The notes below the pieces were generated by a model that saw only the letters and a program-made list of their open reading frames with translations, was not told where the DNA came from and did not search any database. Positions 15,792 through 24,378 of a DNA stretch of 54,873 bases are shown piece after piece. This DNA is from an uncultured Bifidobacteriaceae bacterium (lineage in GTDB: Bacteria > Acidobacteriota > Vicinamibacteria > Vicinamibacterales > UBA2999), in the NCBI GenBank assembly GCA_964400405.1, contig CAYNUO010000007.1, positions 1 to 54,873 of the forward strand. Reading direction: 5' to 3'. Each line of letters starts with the position of its first letter. The first letter of the stretch is position 1. Position numbers and translations under genes: made by a program.

Positions 15792-17105
15792 CTAGGAGGC
15801 GGCGATTCTGACCTGAACCTGGGTGCGGGCCGTTCCGGTTCTGCCGTCCACGGTGCGGACGGTGAGCGTCACGGTGTAGGTCGTGAAGGTCGTGCTGTTC
15901 GGCGCCGGGTTGCTCGACGGGCCGTAGACGTGGCTCGTCTGGGCGCCCTGCGTCTGAATCACGACGCCGTCGCCGAAGTCCCACGTGAACGACTCGATCA
16001 GGACACCCGTTTCGGCCGTGGCGGTAGCAGTGAATGCCACCGGCGTTCCAGTGCTCCGCTCCGTGCCGACAGTGGCGGCCGTGATGTTGACGGTGAGCGG
16101 CGTCCTCGCTGCCACCGGCGTGATGTTCACCGCGACGGAGGAGCGCGTCGTCTGGCCGTTGATATCCGTGGCGACGAGCGTCGCCGTATACGGATTCGAT
16201 GACCGGTAGGTATGCGTCACGGTGACGCTGCTCGACAGCGTCCCGAGGTCGGTGTTGTTGCCGTCGCCGAAGTCGAAGGCGGCGCTCCGGAGCGCCGTGC
16301 TGCCGGTGGCCCGTGCGGCTGTGAAGGTCATCGGCTGATCGACGGTCTGGGTGCAGGACGTCGTGCCCGTTCCACTGCCGGTGCAGGTCAGCGTGACCGA
16401 CGGCGTACCGAGCACGGTCACCGTCGCCGCGGTTGCGGTGGTCTTGCTCCCGGACGCAGCCGAGACACTCGCCTCGGTGTTCGTCGTCAGGCCGACGGTG
16501 GCGACGCCGTTCGCGTCGGTCGTCGCGATCGTGTTGGTCAGCGTGCCGCTTGTCGTGCTGAACGTCACGGGCACGCCGGCCAGGCCCTGGCCGTTGGTAC
16601 CCCGCACGACGGCGTTCAACTCGACGGTGCCGCCCGTGGACGGGACGGTGGACGGCCGTGCGCTGATCGTCACGGTGTCCGCGGCGGCGGTGCCGATGGT
16701 GAACGAAAGCGTGTTGGTGGCCGCGGTGGCGTTCTCGCCGGCCGCCGCAGAGGTATTGCCGGCCGCGCCGGAGAAGGCGCGCACGTCGGCCACGCCGGAG
16801 GCGTCGCCGGCGTAGAACGTCGTGGTCGCGATGCCGTTCCGGGTTTCCACCTCGACCGGATCGACGCGGCCGAGCGACGTGGTGAACCGGACCGCGGTGC
16901 CGTTCTGAACCGGTGTACCGCTGGGTTCGATGACGACCGCCGTCACTTCCACGCTCGCGTTGAGCGCGAGCACGCGCTGTCCGGCGGTCAATGTGATCGT
17001 GGACTGGGACGGGGCGAACAGGGGAACCTTGTCGCACGCCGTGGCAAGAAGCGCCAGGAGGACGAGGCCGGCGACGTGGGCAGCGCGACGCATGCTGCCG
17101 TCCAT
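15792..17105 (-). CDS. Surface/secreted lipoprotein with two Big (invasin-type Ig-like) and two PKD domains
   Basis: Start MDGSMRRAAHVAGLVLLALLATAC (lipobox). Ig-like repeats (TAVRFTTSLGRVDP..., VPVTFSTTSGTLTN...). PKD signatures FDFGDGN...THTY and WDFGDGV...SHVY. The track ORF extends to 17336, but that part is Arg/Pro-rich and lacks a signal peptide. Confidence 0.8.
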   Translation of the reverse strand: MDGSMRRAAHVAGLVLLALLATACDKVPLFAPSQSTITLTAGQRVLALNASVEVTAVVIEPSGTPVQNGTAVRFTTSLGRVDPVEVETRNGIATTTFYAGDASGVADVRAFSGAAGNTSAAAGENATAATNTLSFTIGTAAADTVTISARPSTVPSTGGTVELNAVVRGTNGQGLAGVPVTFSTTSGTLTNTIATTDANGVATVGLTTNTEASVSAASGSKTTATAATVTVLGTPSVTLTCTGSGTGTTSCTQTVDQPMTFTAARATGSTALRSAAFDFGDGNNTDLGTLSSSVTVTHTYRSSNPYTATLVATDINGQTTRSSVAVNITPVAARTPLTVNITAATVGTERSTGTPVAFTATATAETGVLIESFTWDFGDGVVIQTQGAQTSHVYGPSSNPAPNSTTFTTYTVTLTVRTVDGRTGTARTQVQVRIAAS

Positions 17106-17155
17106 GGTAATCCGAACCTCGCGGCTGCCAAAACCGGAGGCTGCCGATGCGGCCG

Positions 17156-18199
17156 CTACGACCACAGGGCGTCGTGAAATGCCATCCGCACCGCCTGGAT
17201 GCCGTCCCTCGACCGGTCCGGGTGGACACGGTTGGTCAGCAGCACGGCGTACCGGTTCCGGCCGGGGTCGAGCCAGAGGGACGTCCCGGTGAAGCCCGTG
17301 TGACCGACGGCGTGCGCCGACATGCGTGTACCGCACGAGGACGTCGGCAGCATGGTGTCCCAGCCGAGGGCACGCGAACTGCCGGGCGCGCTGCCGGACC
17401 GCGTGAAGAATCGTGCAGTCGTGTCACGGGAAACCAGGCCGGAACGGCCCTGCAGCACCTGCAGAAGGTGGCGGGCGATGACGCCGACAGCCTCGGCCGT
17501 GCCGAACAGGCCCGAGTGTCCGGCCACGCCGCCGAGCGCCCACGTGTTCTCATCGTGGACCTCGCCGACGAGGAGCCGTCCCCGCCAGGCCAGGTCCAGT
17601 TCGGTCGGCGCACAGACCGCGGATGACCGGTGGGGGAATCGGAACGTCAGGGTATCGCCCAGGCCGAGCGCGTGCGTGAGGTCGGCGAACTGCACGTCGA
17701 GCGGGCGGTCGCGCACGCGTTCGAGGAGGTGCCCGAGCAGGATGAAGCCGAGGTCGCTGTATTCGGACGTCGAGCCGGGGGCGTACGCGAGCGGCAGCCG
17801 CGCGATACGTGCCACCGCGGCGCGGACGCCGCGCAGCTCGCGGTAGAGGGGGTACCACCCGGGGAGTCCGGAGCTGTGCGCGAGCAGGTTCTCGATGGTG
17901 ACGTCAGTCCGGTCCGAGCCGGTCCATTCAGGGAGGTATCGCGAGATGGGGTCGGCCGTCGCAAGCAGCCCGCGGTCGACGGCCTGCATGGTCAGCAGGG
18001 TTGTCGCGAGGACCTTCGTCAGGGATGCGAGGTCGAAGACGGTCTCCGCGGATGCGGCGGGTGCGCCGGCTGCGTACGTGAGCGTGCCAACGGCCGCGAG
18101 CCAGTCCGCGCGGGTCGCGTCGCCGCTTTCCGCGACGGCGCACGGGAAGGTCGCGTCCGCGACACCGCGCAGCAGTACCTCGCGCGCGACGTCAGACAT
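17156..18199 (-). CDS. Beta-lactamase-fold serine hydrolase (class C / AmpH / esterase-like)
   Basis: 347 aa starting MSDVAREV (ATG confirmed at 18197-18199). SxxK motif DLASLTK, YSD (YxN-like) and GHTGFTG (KTG-like) boxes. The 996-aa track ORF is a read-through artefact. Confidence 0.88.
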   Translation of the reverse strand: MSDVAREVLLRGVADATFPCAVAESGDATRADWLAAVGTLTYAAGAPAASAETVFDLASLTKVLATTLLTMQAVDRGLLATADPISRYLPEWTGSDRTDVTIENLLAHSSGLPGWYPLYRELRGVRAAVARIARLPLAYAPGSTSEYSDLGFILLGHLLERVRDRPLDVQFADLTHALGLGDTLTFRFPHRSSAVCAPTELDLAWRGRLLVGEVHDENTWALGGVAGHSGLFGTAEAVGVIARHLLQVLQGRSGLVSRDTTARFFTRSGSAPGSSRALGWDTMLPTSSCGTRMSAHAVGHTGFTGTSLWLDPGRNRYAVLLTNRVHPDRSRDGIQAVRMAFHDALWS

Positions 18200-18204
18200 G
18201 CGCG

Positions 18205-19197
18205 TCAGCGCCCGGGCGTCTGGCGGGGCGCACGGCCGGAGCGGGTGCGTCCACCCGCGCTCTCGATCTCGCGCGTCACACGCTCCTCGATGTTGCCGCC
18301 GACGGCCTCGCGGATCGAGTCGTGCGCCTTGCGCAGCCGGGAGAGCGCCTTCGAGTAGGAGAGTCCCGTGCGTTGCATGACGATCGCGGCCTTCACGTGC
18401 CAGCCGGCCTGGCGCAGGAGCCGCTCCGCGTCCTCGATGCTGACGCCGGTCGCGATATGGACGATGCGGGCCGCGCGCTCCTTGTGCTTCTCTGATGTCG
18501 GCTGGAGGTCGACCATCAGATTGCCGTAGGTCTTGCCGGTGCGGACCATGGCGGCCGTGGTCAGCATGTTGAGCACGAGCTTCGTGGCGGTGGCGGCCTT
18601 CAGGCGCGTGGACCCAGCGATCACCTCGGGGCCGACGGCCGGCGCGATCGTCAGGTCGACGAACATCTGCAGCTCGGTGGCCGGGTCGCACGTGACGAAG
18701 ATGACCCTCGCGTTCGCCTTGCGCGCACTGGTCAGCGCGCCGAGGACGAAGGGCGTCATGCCGCTCGCCGAGATGCCGACGACGACGTCCTCCTTGCGGA
18801 TCACGCGGGAGAGCGCCCGGGCGCCGTCCTCGTAGTTGTCCTCGACGCCTTCGCGGACCGAGAAGAACGCTTCCTTGCCGCCGGCCATGATCGCCTGCAC
18901 GAGCGACGGGTCGGTGCTGAAGGTCGGGGGCATCTCCGCCGACTCGAGCACGCCGAGCCGTCCGCTGGTGCCGGCGCCGACGAAGAAGAGACGCCCACCC
19001 TTGCGGAGGGCCGTCACGATGAACTCGACGCCCGTCGCGATGCGGGCCTTTTCCTTGAGCACCGCCTGCAGCATGCGGCGATCCTCGGCAAGCATCACGT
19101 CGACGATCTCGTCCGCGGTCAGCCGGTCGAGGCTGAGCGTCGCCCGGTTGATGGCCTCGGTCGGGTTCGATTGAAAGCGGGATCGATGCGGCGGCAT
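18205..19197 (-). CDS. murQ: N-acetylmuramic acid 6-phosphate etherase
   Basis: SIS domain GRLFFVGAGTSGRLGVLESAEMPPTFS, and an N-terminus TEAINRATLSLDRLTADEIVDVMLAEDRRM typical of MurQ. Start taken at the internal ATG 19197. Confidence 0.9.
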   Translation of the reverse strand: MPPHRSRFQSNPTEAINRATLSLDRLTADEIVDVMLAEDRRMLQAVLKEKARIATGVEFIVTALRKGGRLFFVGAGTSGRLGVLESAEMPPTFSTDPSLVQAIMAGGKEAFFSVREGVEDNYEDGARALSRVIRKEDVVVGISASGMTPFVLGALTSARKANARVIFVTCDPATELQMFVDLTIAPAVGPEVIAGSTRLKAATATKLVLNMLTTAAMVRTGKTYGNLMVDLQPTSEKHKERAARIVHIATGVSIEDAERLLRQAGWHVKAAIVMQRTGLSYSKALSRLRKAHDSIREAVGGNIEERVTREIESAGGRTRSGRAPRQTPGR

Positions 19198-19231
19198 GCG
19201 TCGAGACACATAGCCTACAATCAATCCGGCC

Positions 19232-20158
19232 GTGCCTTCCAACGAGATGACGGACCCCGCCGCGGCTTCGTCGGCGGCCAGCGTGGACGCCTACCTCACA
19301 CATCTGTCGGTCGAGCGGCGGCTCTCGCCGAACAGCGTCGAGAGCTACGCACGGGATCTGCAGCTGCTGGGCCGGTATGCGGCCGGTATCGAACGCCCCC
19401 TTCCGGGACTGACGGCGGCGGACCTCGACGCCTTCGTCCGCGCGCTGATGAGCGAAGGCCGGTCGCCGAACTCGGTCGCCCGGGCGGTCGCGTGCGTGCG
19501 CGGCTACTACCGGTTCCTCGCACTCGACGGCCGCGTGGCGGTGAACCCCGCGGACGGACTGCGCCCGCCGAAGGCCTGGAAGGCGCTGCCGTCGTTCCTC
19601 TCGGGCGAGGACGTCGACCGTCTGCTCGCCGCACCGGACGTGCACACGCCGAAGGGGCTGCGCGATCGCGCGCTGATCGAGCTGCTGTACGCCACCGGGA
19701 TGCGTGTGTCGGAGCTGCTGTCTCTGCGCCCGGCGGATCTGAACCTCGAGGCGTCCTATCTCACCTGCACCGGCAAGGGGAGCAAGCAGCGCATCGTGCC
19801 CTTCGGCGACCAGGCCGCCAGCTGGGTAGGCCGGTACGCCAGGGAAGCGCGTCCTCAGCTGCTCGGGATTCGGAAGAGTCCGCGGCTGTTCGTCAACGCC
19901 CGCGGCGGCGCGGCGCTGAGCCGGATCGGCTTCTGGGGTCTGCTGAAGACCTACGGGCGCAAGGCCGGCGTGCAGGCCCATCTCAGCCCGCACGTGCTTC
20001 GGCATTCGTTTGCCACGCATCTGCTGGAGCGTGGCGCGGACCTCCGCGCGATTCAGTTGATGCTCGGCCACGCCGACGTCTCGACCACACAGATCTACAC
20101 GCACGTGCTCGAGCACCGGATGCGCTCGGTGTACGAGCGCTTCCATCCGCGCGCATGA
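19232..20158 (+). CDS. xerD: Tyrosine site-specific recombinase XerD
   Basis: N-terminal YLTHLSVERRLSPNSVESYARDL. Catalytic region HVLRHSFATHLLERGADLRAIQLMLGHADVSTTQIYTHV. The start may be ATG 19247 instead of GTG 19232. Confidence 0.88.
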   Translation: MPSNEMTDPAAASSAASVDAYLTHLSVERRLSPNSVESYARDLQLLGRYAAGIERPLPGLTAADLDAFVRALMSEGRSPNSVARAVACVRGYYRFLALDGRVAVNPADGLRPPKAWKALPSFLSGEDVDRLLAAPDVHTPKGLRDRALIELLYATGMRVSELLSLRPADLNLEASYLTCTGKGSKQRIVPFGDQAASWVGRYAREARPQLLGIRKSPRLFVNARGGAALSRIGFWGLLKTYGRKAGVQAHLSPHVLRHSFATHLLERGADLRAIQLMLGHADVSTTQIYTHVLEHRMRSVYERFHPRA

Positions 20159-21924
20159 CCGCCCGGCTGCTGGCCGTCGTCGTGCTCGGGCTCGCGGCGG
20201 CGGGTCTGTTCGTGAGCCTCCCGCCGCGCGCCCAGCCGCTGCCGTCCGGCGGGCGACCGGCCGGAGACGTCCGCGGCGTCGTGCACATCCATACGCGCCG
20301 GTCAGACGGCGGCGGCACGGTGGACGACGTCGCCAGGGCCGCGGCGCGGGCAGGCCTCGGCTTCGTCGTGCTGACCGACCACGGCGACGGCACCAGGCGC
20401 CCGGATCCGCCGGCCTATCTGCACGGCGTGCTCGTGATCGACGCCGTCGAGGTGACCACGTTCGACGGTCATGTGCTCGCGCTCGGCATAGGGCAGGCGC
20501 CGTATCGGCTCGGCGGCCGCGGCGCCGACGTGGTCGAGGACATCAACCGGCTCGGCGGGTTCGCCGTAGCCGCGCACGTGGACTCCGCGAAGCGGTCGCT
20601 CCGCTGGAGGGCCTGGGACGCGGCGCTCACGGGCTTCGAGTGGCTGAACGGCGACAGCGAATGGCGCGACGAGTCACGAACCGCGTTGTTGTCGTTGCTC
20701 CTGCGTTATCCGTTTCGCGCGCCGGAGGCGCTGGCCCGGGTCCTCGACCGGCCCGAGACGACCCTCACCCGATGGGACGAGATGCTGCGGACCCGCCGGC
20801 TCGTGGCGATCGCCGCCGCGGATGCCCACGCGCGCGTGGGCGGCAGCGACGAGGACGACCCGAAGTGGTGGAGGCGGCTGTCGCTGCCGATCCCGGGCTA
20901 CGCGTCGCTCTTCCAGTCGTTCTCGACGGTCACGACCGGGGTCCAGCTGACCGGTGACGCGGCTCTCGACGCAGCGGCCGTGCTGGGCGCGCTCCGGGTC
21001 GGGCACAGCTACAGCGTCGTTGACGCGCTGGCGTCGAACGGGTGGCTGCGGGTGCGGGCCACCGGGCCCGCGGGCGTGGTGGCCGGCCCCGGGGACGACC
21101 TGCCGCCGACGGGCGATGCGACGAGCATGGTTCGATTCGATATCGATCTGCCCGTAGCCGCCGGTGCGCGCGTGCGGCTGCTGCGCGACGGCGCCGTTGT
21201 TCGCGAGGGGATGGGCGCGGCGCTGCAGGCCGACGTGCCCGCGACGCCCGCCGCCTATCGCGTGGAGGTGCTGCTCGACGGCGCACCAGGCGCACCGCCG
21301 GTACCGTGGATCGTCTCGAATCCGGTCTTCGTCGGGCGCGGGCCGGAATGGGGACGTGCCGCGACGGTGTCGACAGACCCGGTTCCCGGCGGTGCGGACA
21401 TCCCGGTCCACGTGGCGTCGACGGCCGCGTGGGCCGCCGAGCAGAGCGAGCGATCCCAGGCGGAGATCGAAGCGGTGCGGCAGGGAAGCTTCAACGCGGC
21501 GCTGTTCCGGTTTGCGCTCACGGGCACCGCATCGTCGGCGCCGTTTGCCGCCGTGGCGCTGCCGATCGACGGTCTGCACGAGGCAGACACGATCGCGCTG
21601 CGCGCCCGTGCCGACCGGCCGCTGCGGGTGTCGGTCGAGCTGCGCGGACCGGCGGGCGGCCGCGAAGGCCGCTGGCGCCGGTCGGTCTACCTCGACGAGA
21701 CCGCGCGGGAACTGCGCGTCCCGGTGAGCTCGCTCGCACCCGCCGGACCGGCGGACGCAGCGGCGCCGGACCCGCAGTCGGTGCGGTCGCTGCTGGTGGT
21801 CGTCGACGGCGTCAACGCCGCGCCGGGGCAGGCAGGGCAGATCTGGATCGAAGCGGCCGCGCTCACACGGCGGGCGTCGGCGTCAGGTGCGAACGGTCAG
21901 CAGGAGCCAGGCCGCGCCCGATGA
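20155..21924 (+). CDS. PHP-domain metallophosphoesterase-like protein with N-terminal signal/TM anchor
   Basis: MTARLLAVVVLGLAAAGLFVSL, then the PHP motif VVHIHTRRSDGGGTVDDVARAAARAGLGFVVLTDHGDG, later AAADAHAR. ATGA overlap with the xerD stop. About 400 aa of the C-terminal region are unassigned. Confidence 0.75.
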   Translation: MTARLLAVVVLGLAAAGLFVSLPPRAQPLPSGGRPAGDVRGVVHIHTRRSDGGGTVDDVARAAARAGLGFVVLTDHGDGTRRPDPPAYLHGVLVIDAVEVTTFDGHVLALGIGQAPYRLGGRGADVVEDINRLGGFAVAAHVDSAKRSLRWRAWDAALTGFEWLNGDSEWRDESRTALLSLLLRYPFRAPEALARVLDRPETTLTRWDEMLRTRRLVAIAAADAHARVGGSDEDDPKWWRRLSLPIPGYASLFQSFSTVTTGVQLTGDAALDAAAVLGALRVGHSYSVVDALASNGWLRVRATGPAGVVAGPGDDLPPTGDATSMVRFDIDLPVAAGARVRLLRDGAVVREGMGAALQADVPATPAAYRVEVLLDGAPGAPPVPWIVSNPVFVGRGPEWGRAATVSTDPVPGGADIPVHVASTAAWAAEQSERSQAEIEAVRQGSFNAALFRFALTGTASSAPFAAVALPIDGLHEADTIALRARADRPLRVSVELRGPAGGREGRWRRSVYLDETARELRVPVSSLAPAGPADAAAPDPQSVRSLLVVVDGVNAAPGQAGQIWIEAAALTRRASASGANGQQEPGRAR

Positions 21925-24147
21925 GAAGAGCAGGTTCGGCGCCCAGGCCGCGATGAGCGGCGACATCAGCGTTGCCGCACCCATCGCGCCGAAGACGCTG
22001 AGCGCGCCCCAGTAGCCGAACGCGAGCACGAGTCCGACGCCGATCCCGTACATCGCGCCGCGGTTCCCGGTCGTGGTCGCGAAGGGGATTCCGATGAGCG
22101 CCATGATGAGCGTCGCGAGCGGGAAGGCGAGCTTGCGTTCGAGGGCCACCCGCTGGCGCGTCATGTCGAAGCCGCCGCGCTCCAGGCGGCCGATGTGGTC
22201 GGCCAGCTCGACGTAGTTCATGAAGTCCGGATCCGGCGTCTGCGTCGAGAAATAGGACGGCGCCTCGATGTCGATCAGCTCTTCGGTGATGGGCGCGAGG
22301 GTGACGGCTTCGCCGCTGAACCCGCGGCGCCATCCGCCGGTCGCGACCCAGGCTCCGCGCGCATCGCTGAACGCGACCCTGGTGGCATGCGTGCGCGTGG
22401 CGAGCGTGCCGGTCGCGTAATCCATGCGGTACGTGTCCAGGTCGACCAGCGTTCTCGTGCGCGGGTCGAAGTAGCCGAAGTGGTAAATCTCGCCGTTGCG
22501 GGCCGCGACCCAGCGCCGGCGGAGCACATCGAAGGTCTCCGGAGAGCCGCCGCGGATCACGTGACGGATCGCCTCGGCGCGATAGTTCGCCGGGCCCAGG
22601 ACCGTCTCCTGCATCCAGCCTTCGGCGGCGGCGACGGAGGCGGCCGCCAGGAAGAGCGGCAGCGAGATGCGGTAGAGGCTGATGCCGCACGCCTTCATCA
22701 CGACGAGTTCGGAGTTGCGCGTGAGCAGCCCGACGGTGACGAGCGTCGCCAGCAGCACCGACATCGGGAGCACGTAATAGAGCGCCTGCGGCGTCGCGAA
22801 CCAGAGGTGCCAGAACAGCTGCCCCCAGTTGGCATCGCCGCGCAGGACTTCGTCGGACAAATCAATGAACGTGGACACATGGAAGAGTCCGACGAGCGAG
22901 ACGACGCACAGCAGGAACACGCGGCCGTAGCCCCCAAAGACGTAGCGATCGAGGAGGCGAGTGCCTGGAATCGCCGGAAGCATGCGGGCCGCGCCCAGGC
23001 GGGGAAGCCGGGCGAGGGTGCCCGTCCACCAGAGCGGCAAGCTGCGTGTCCGCTCGATTGCGCGGCTGCGTTGCAGGAACAGGGCGACGCCGCCAAGGCC
23101 AAATACGAGGTTGGGAAGCCACGCGGCAAACCAAGGCTGCACGAAGCCGCCCTTTGCCAGATTCGAGGAGTTCTCAAGCAGGACGTAGTAGACGAAGATG
23201 ACGACCACTCCGATCACGAAATTGGAGAGCTTGCCGTCACGTCGATGGTTCGCCCCCAGCGTGAGCCCGAACAGTCCCAGGACCAGACAAGCGGCCGGAA
23301 TCGAAAACTTCTTCTGGATCTCGACCCGGGCACCGAGGGTCGACTCTCCCCGTGACTCGCGGTCTGCGATGCGAGTTCTGAGTTCGGCGATCGACATTTC
23401 GCGCTCACCCTTTGCGGGCCCGGCCTTCGGAAAGATGCTCTCCGGGTCGACGCTCAAGATGGTCTGCGCCCAGGTCGTCGGCCGGTAATTGTCGGCCTCT
23501 CCGGTGGTGTGGGTCACACCCTCCTCGAGCACGATTTCGACCCGGCGCTGGGCGCGGTCGATGAGCACCCGGCCGCGCTTGGCCACGTGGACAGCTTCGG
23601 GCTGCCCCTGGCCCCCGGTCACCAGGAAGACGTCCTTCCAGCCACCCGTGGGCGGAAGCTCCCGGACATAGAGCGTGGCGCCGGGGAACGCGTTGAAGAA
23701 CACCCGAGGACGGACCTCACCCTCGGCGCGCTCCGAGAGAATGCGGAACATGATTTCGCGGAACGCCTGATTGGCATTCGGCAGCATCGCGAGGAGAACG
23801 TACAGCGTCGCTGCCGTGGCGCCCGCTGCCAGGATGCCGACTGGCCACAGCAGCCTGGTTAGGCTAACGCCGCAGGCCTGCATCGCGACCCATTCACGGT
23901 CTGACGACAGCCGTCCAAACCCGACCAGCAGACCGAGCAGCAAGGCCATCGGGATGGCGAGTCCGAGCGCGGCCGGAACAAGGGTCAGCATGAGCTGAGC
24001 GATGACCGACGTCGGCACGTCCTTCGCGACCAGTTCCTCGGTCGACTTCAAGACAACCGGAATGAGCTGCAGCAGGGTGAAGACCAACAGCCCGAGCGCG
24101 GCGGGCACGAGGGTCTGGCGGATGATGTAGCGGTCGAGGATGCGCAC
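21883..24147 (-). CDS. Fused LptF-LptG LPS export permease (two YjgP/YjgQ modules in one 754-aa ORF)
   Basis: Module 1 begins MRILDRYIIRQTLVPAALGLLVF. Module 2 begins LLDRYVFGGYGRVFLLCVVSLVGLF at about aa 385. There is no stop between them. GTG start. Confidence 0.85.
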   Translation of the reverse strand: MRILDRYIIRQTLVPAALGLLVFTLLQLIPVVLKSTEELVAKDVPTSVIAQLMLTLVPAALGLAIPMALLLGLLVGFGRLSSDREWVAMQACGVSLTRLLWPVGILAAGATAATLYVLLAMLPNANQAFREIMFRILSERAEGEVRPRVFFNAFPGATLYVRELPPTGGWKDVFLVTGGQGQPEAVHVAKRGRVLIDRAQRRVEIVLEEGVTHTTGEADNYRPTTWAQTILSVDPESIFPKAGPAKGEREMSIAELRTRIADRESRGESTLGARVEIQKKFSIPAACLVLGLFGLTLGANHRRDGKLSNFVIGVVVIFVYYVLLENSSNLAKGGFVQPWFAAWLPNLVFGLGGVALFLQRSRAIERTRSLPLWWTGTLARLPRLGAARMLPAIPGTRLLDRYVFGGYGRVFLLCVVSLVGLFHVSTFIDLSDEVLRGDANWGQLFWHLWFATPQALYYVLPMSVLLATLVTVGLLTRNSELVVMKACGISLYRISLPLFLAAASVAAAEGWMQETVLGPANYRAEAIRHVIRGGSPETFDVLRRRWVAARNGEIYHFGYFDPRTRTLVDLDTYRMDYATGTLATRTHATRVAFSDARGAWVATGGWRRGFSGEAVTLAPITEELIDIEAPSYFSTQTPDPDFMNYVELADHIGRLERGGFDMTRQRVALERKLAFPLATLIMALIGIPFATTTGNRGAMYGIGVGLVLAFGYWGALSVFGAMGAATLMSPLIAAWAPNLLFSSGAAWLLLTVRT

Positions 24148-24378
24148 CGGGCGGGCCGCCTTGATTATGGGCCTCCGCGGGCCCCTCCAGAGGCGTTCAT
24201 TAACATAACGCTTCTTATGCGACGTTGCGGATAACGTGTGGAAAGGCCGGAATCGGCGCGGTGAATCGCCCGAAAACGGTTCGCGGTTCCTCTGCTGTCG
24301 GGGTTGTTGGCTCGGACTTTCGGTGTCGGCGGCGCGGAACCCCGACCCCAGTTCAGGCCAGGCTTCCGCGAACGGGAC

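Noticed and set aside
19161-19180. GGTTCGA T-loop-like strings (for example cgggttcgattgaaagc at about 19163, and another at about 21125) that might mark tRNA genes.
   Set aside because: Both lie inside well-supported coding sequence (murQ N-terminus, PHP-domain gene), and no acceptor or anticodon stems can be drawn around them. I found no tRNA, rRNA or CRISPR array in the window.
17156-20146. Very long track ORFs suggesting giant proteins: 17156-20146 (996 aa), 19171-21924 (917 aa), 26533-29100 (855 aa), 38486-41170 (894 aa), 11477-14401 (974 aa) and 10800-11957.
   Set aside because: In each case only the C-terminal part carries a real protein family. The upstream part overlaps a well-supported neighbouring gene in another frame or strand and is Arg/Pro/Gly-rich. 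An internal start with a 1-4-nt overlap to the neighbour fits the family N-terminus.
24226-24234. DnaA-box-like 9-mer (TTATCCGCA on the minus strand) in the AT-richer lptFG/parB intergenic region next to parAB, hinting at oriC.
   Set aside because: It is a single box with one mismatch to TTATCCACA. There is no cluster of boxes, no AT-rich unwinding element, and no dnaA or dnaN nearby. This is insufficient for an origin call.
24297-24346. 9-bp inverted repeat gtcggggtt ... aaccccgac downstream of parB as a terminator.
   Set aside because: The stem is short, the loop is about 32 nt, and there is no U-tract. It is too weak to annotate.
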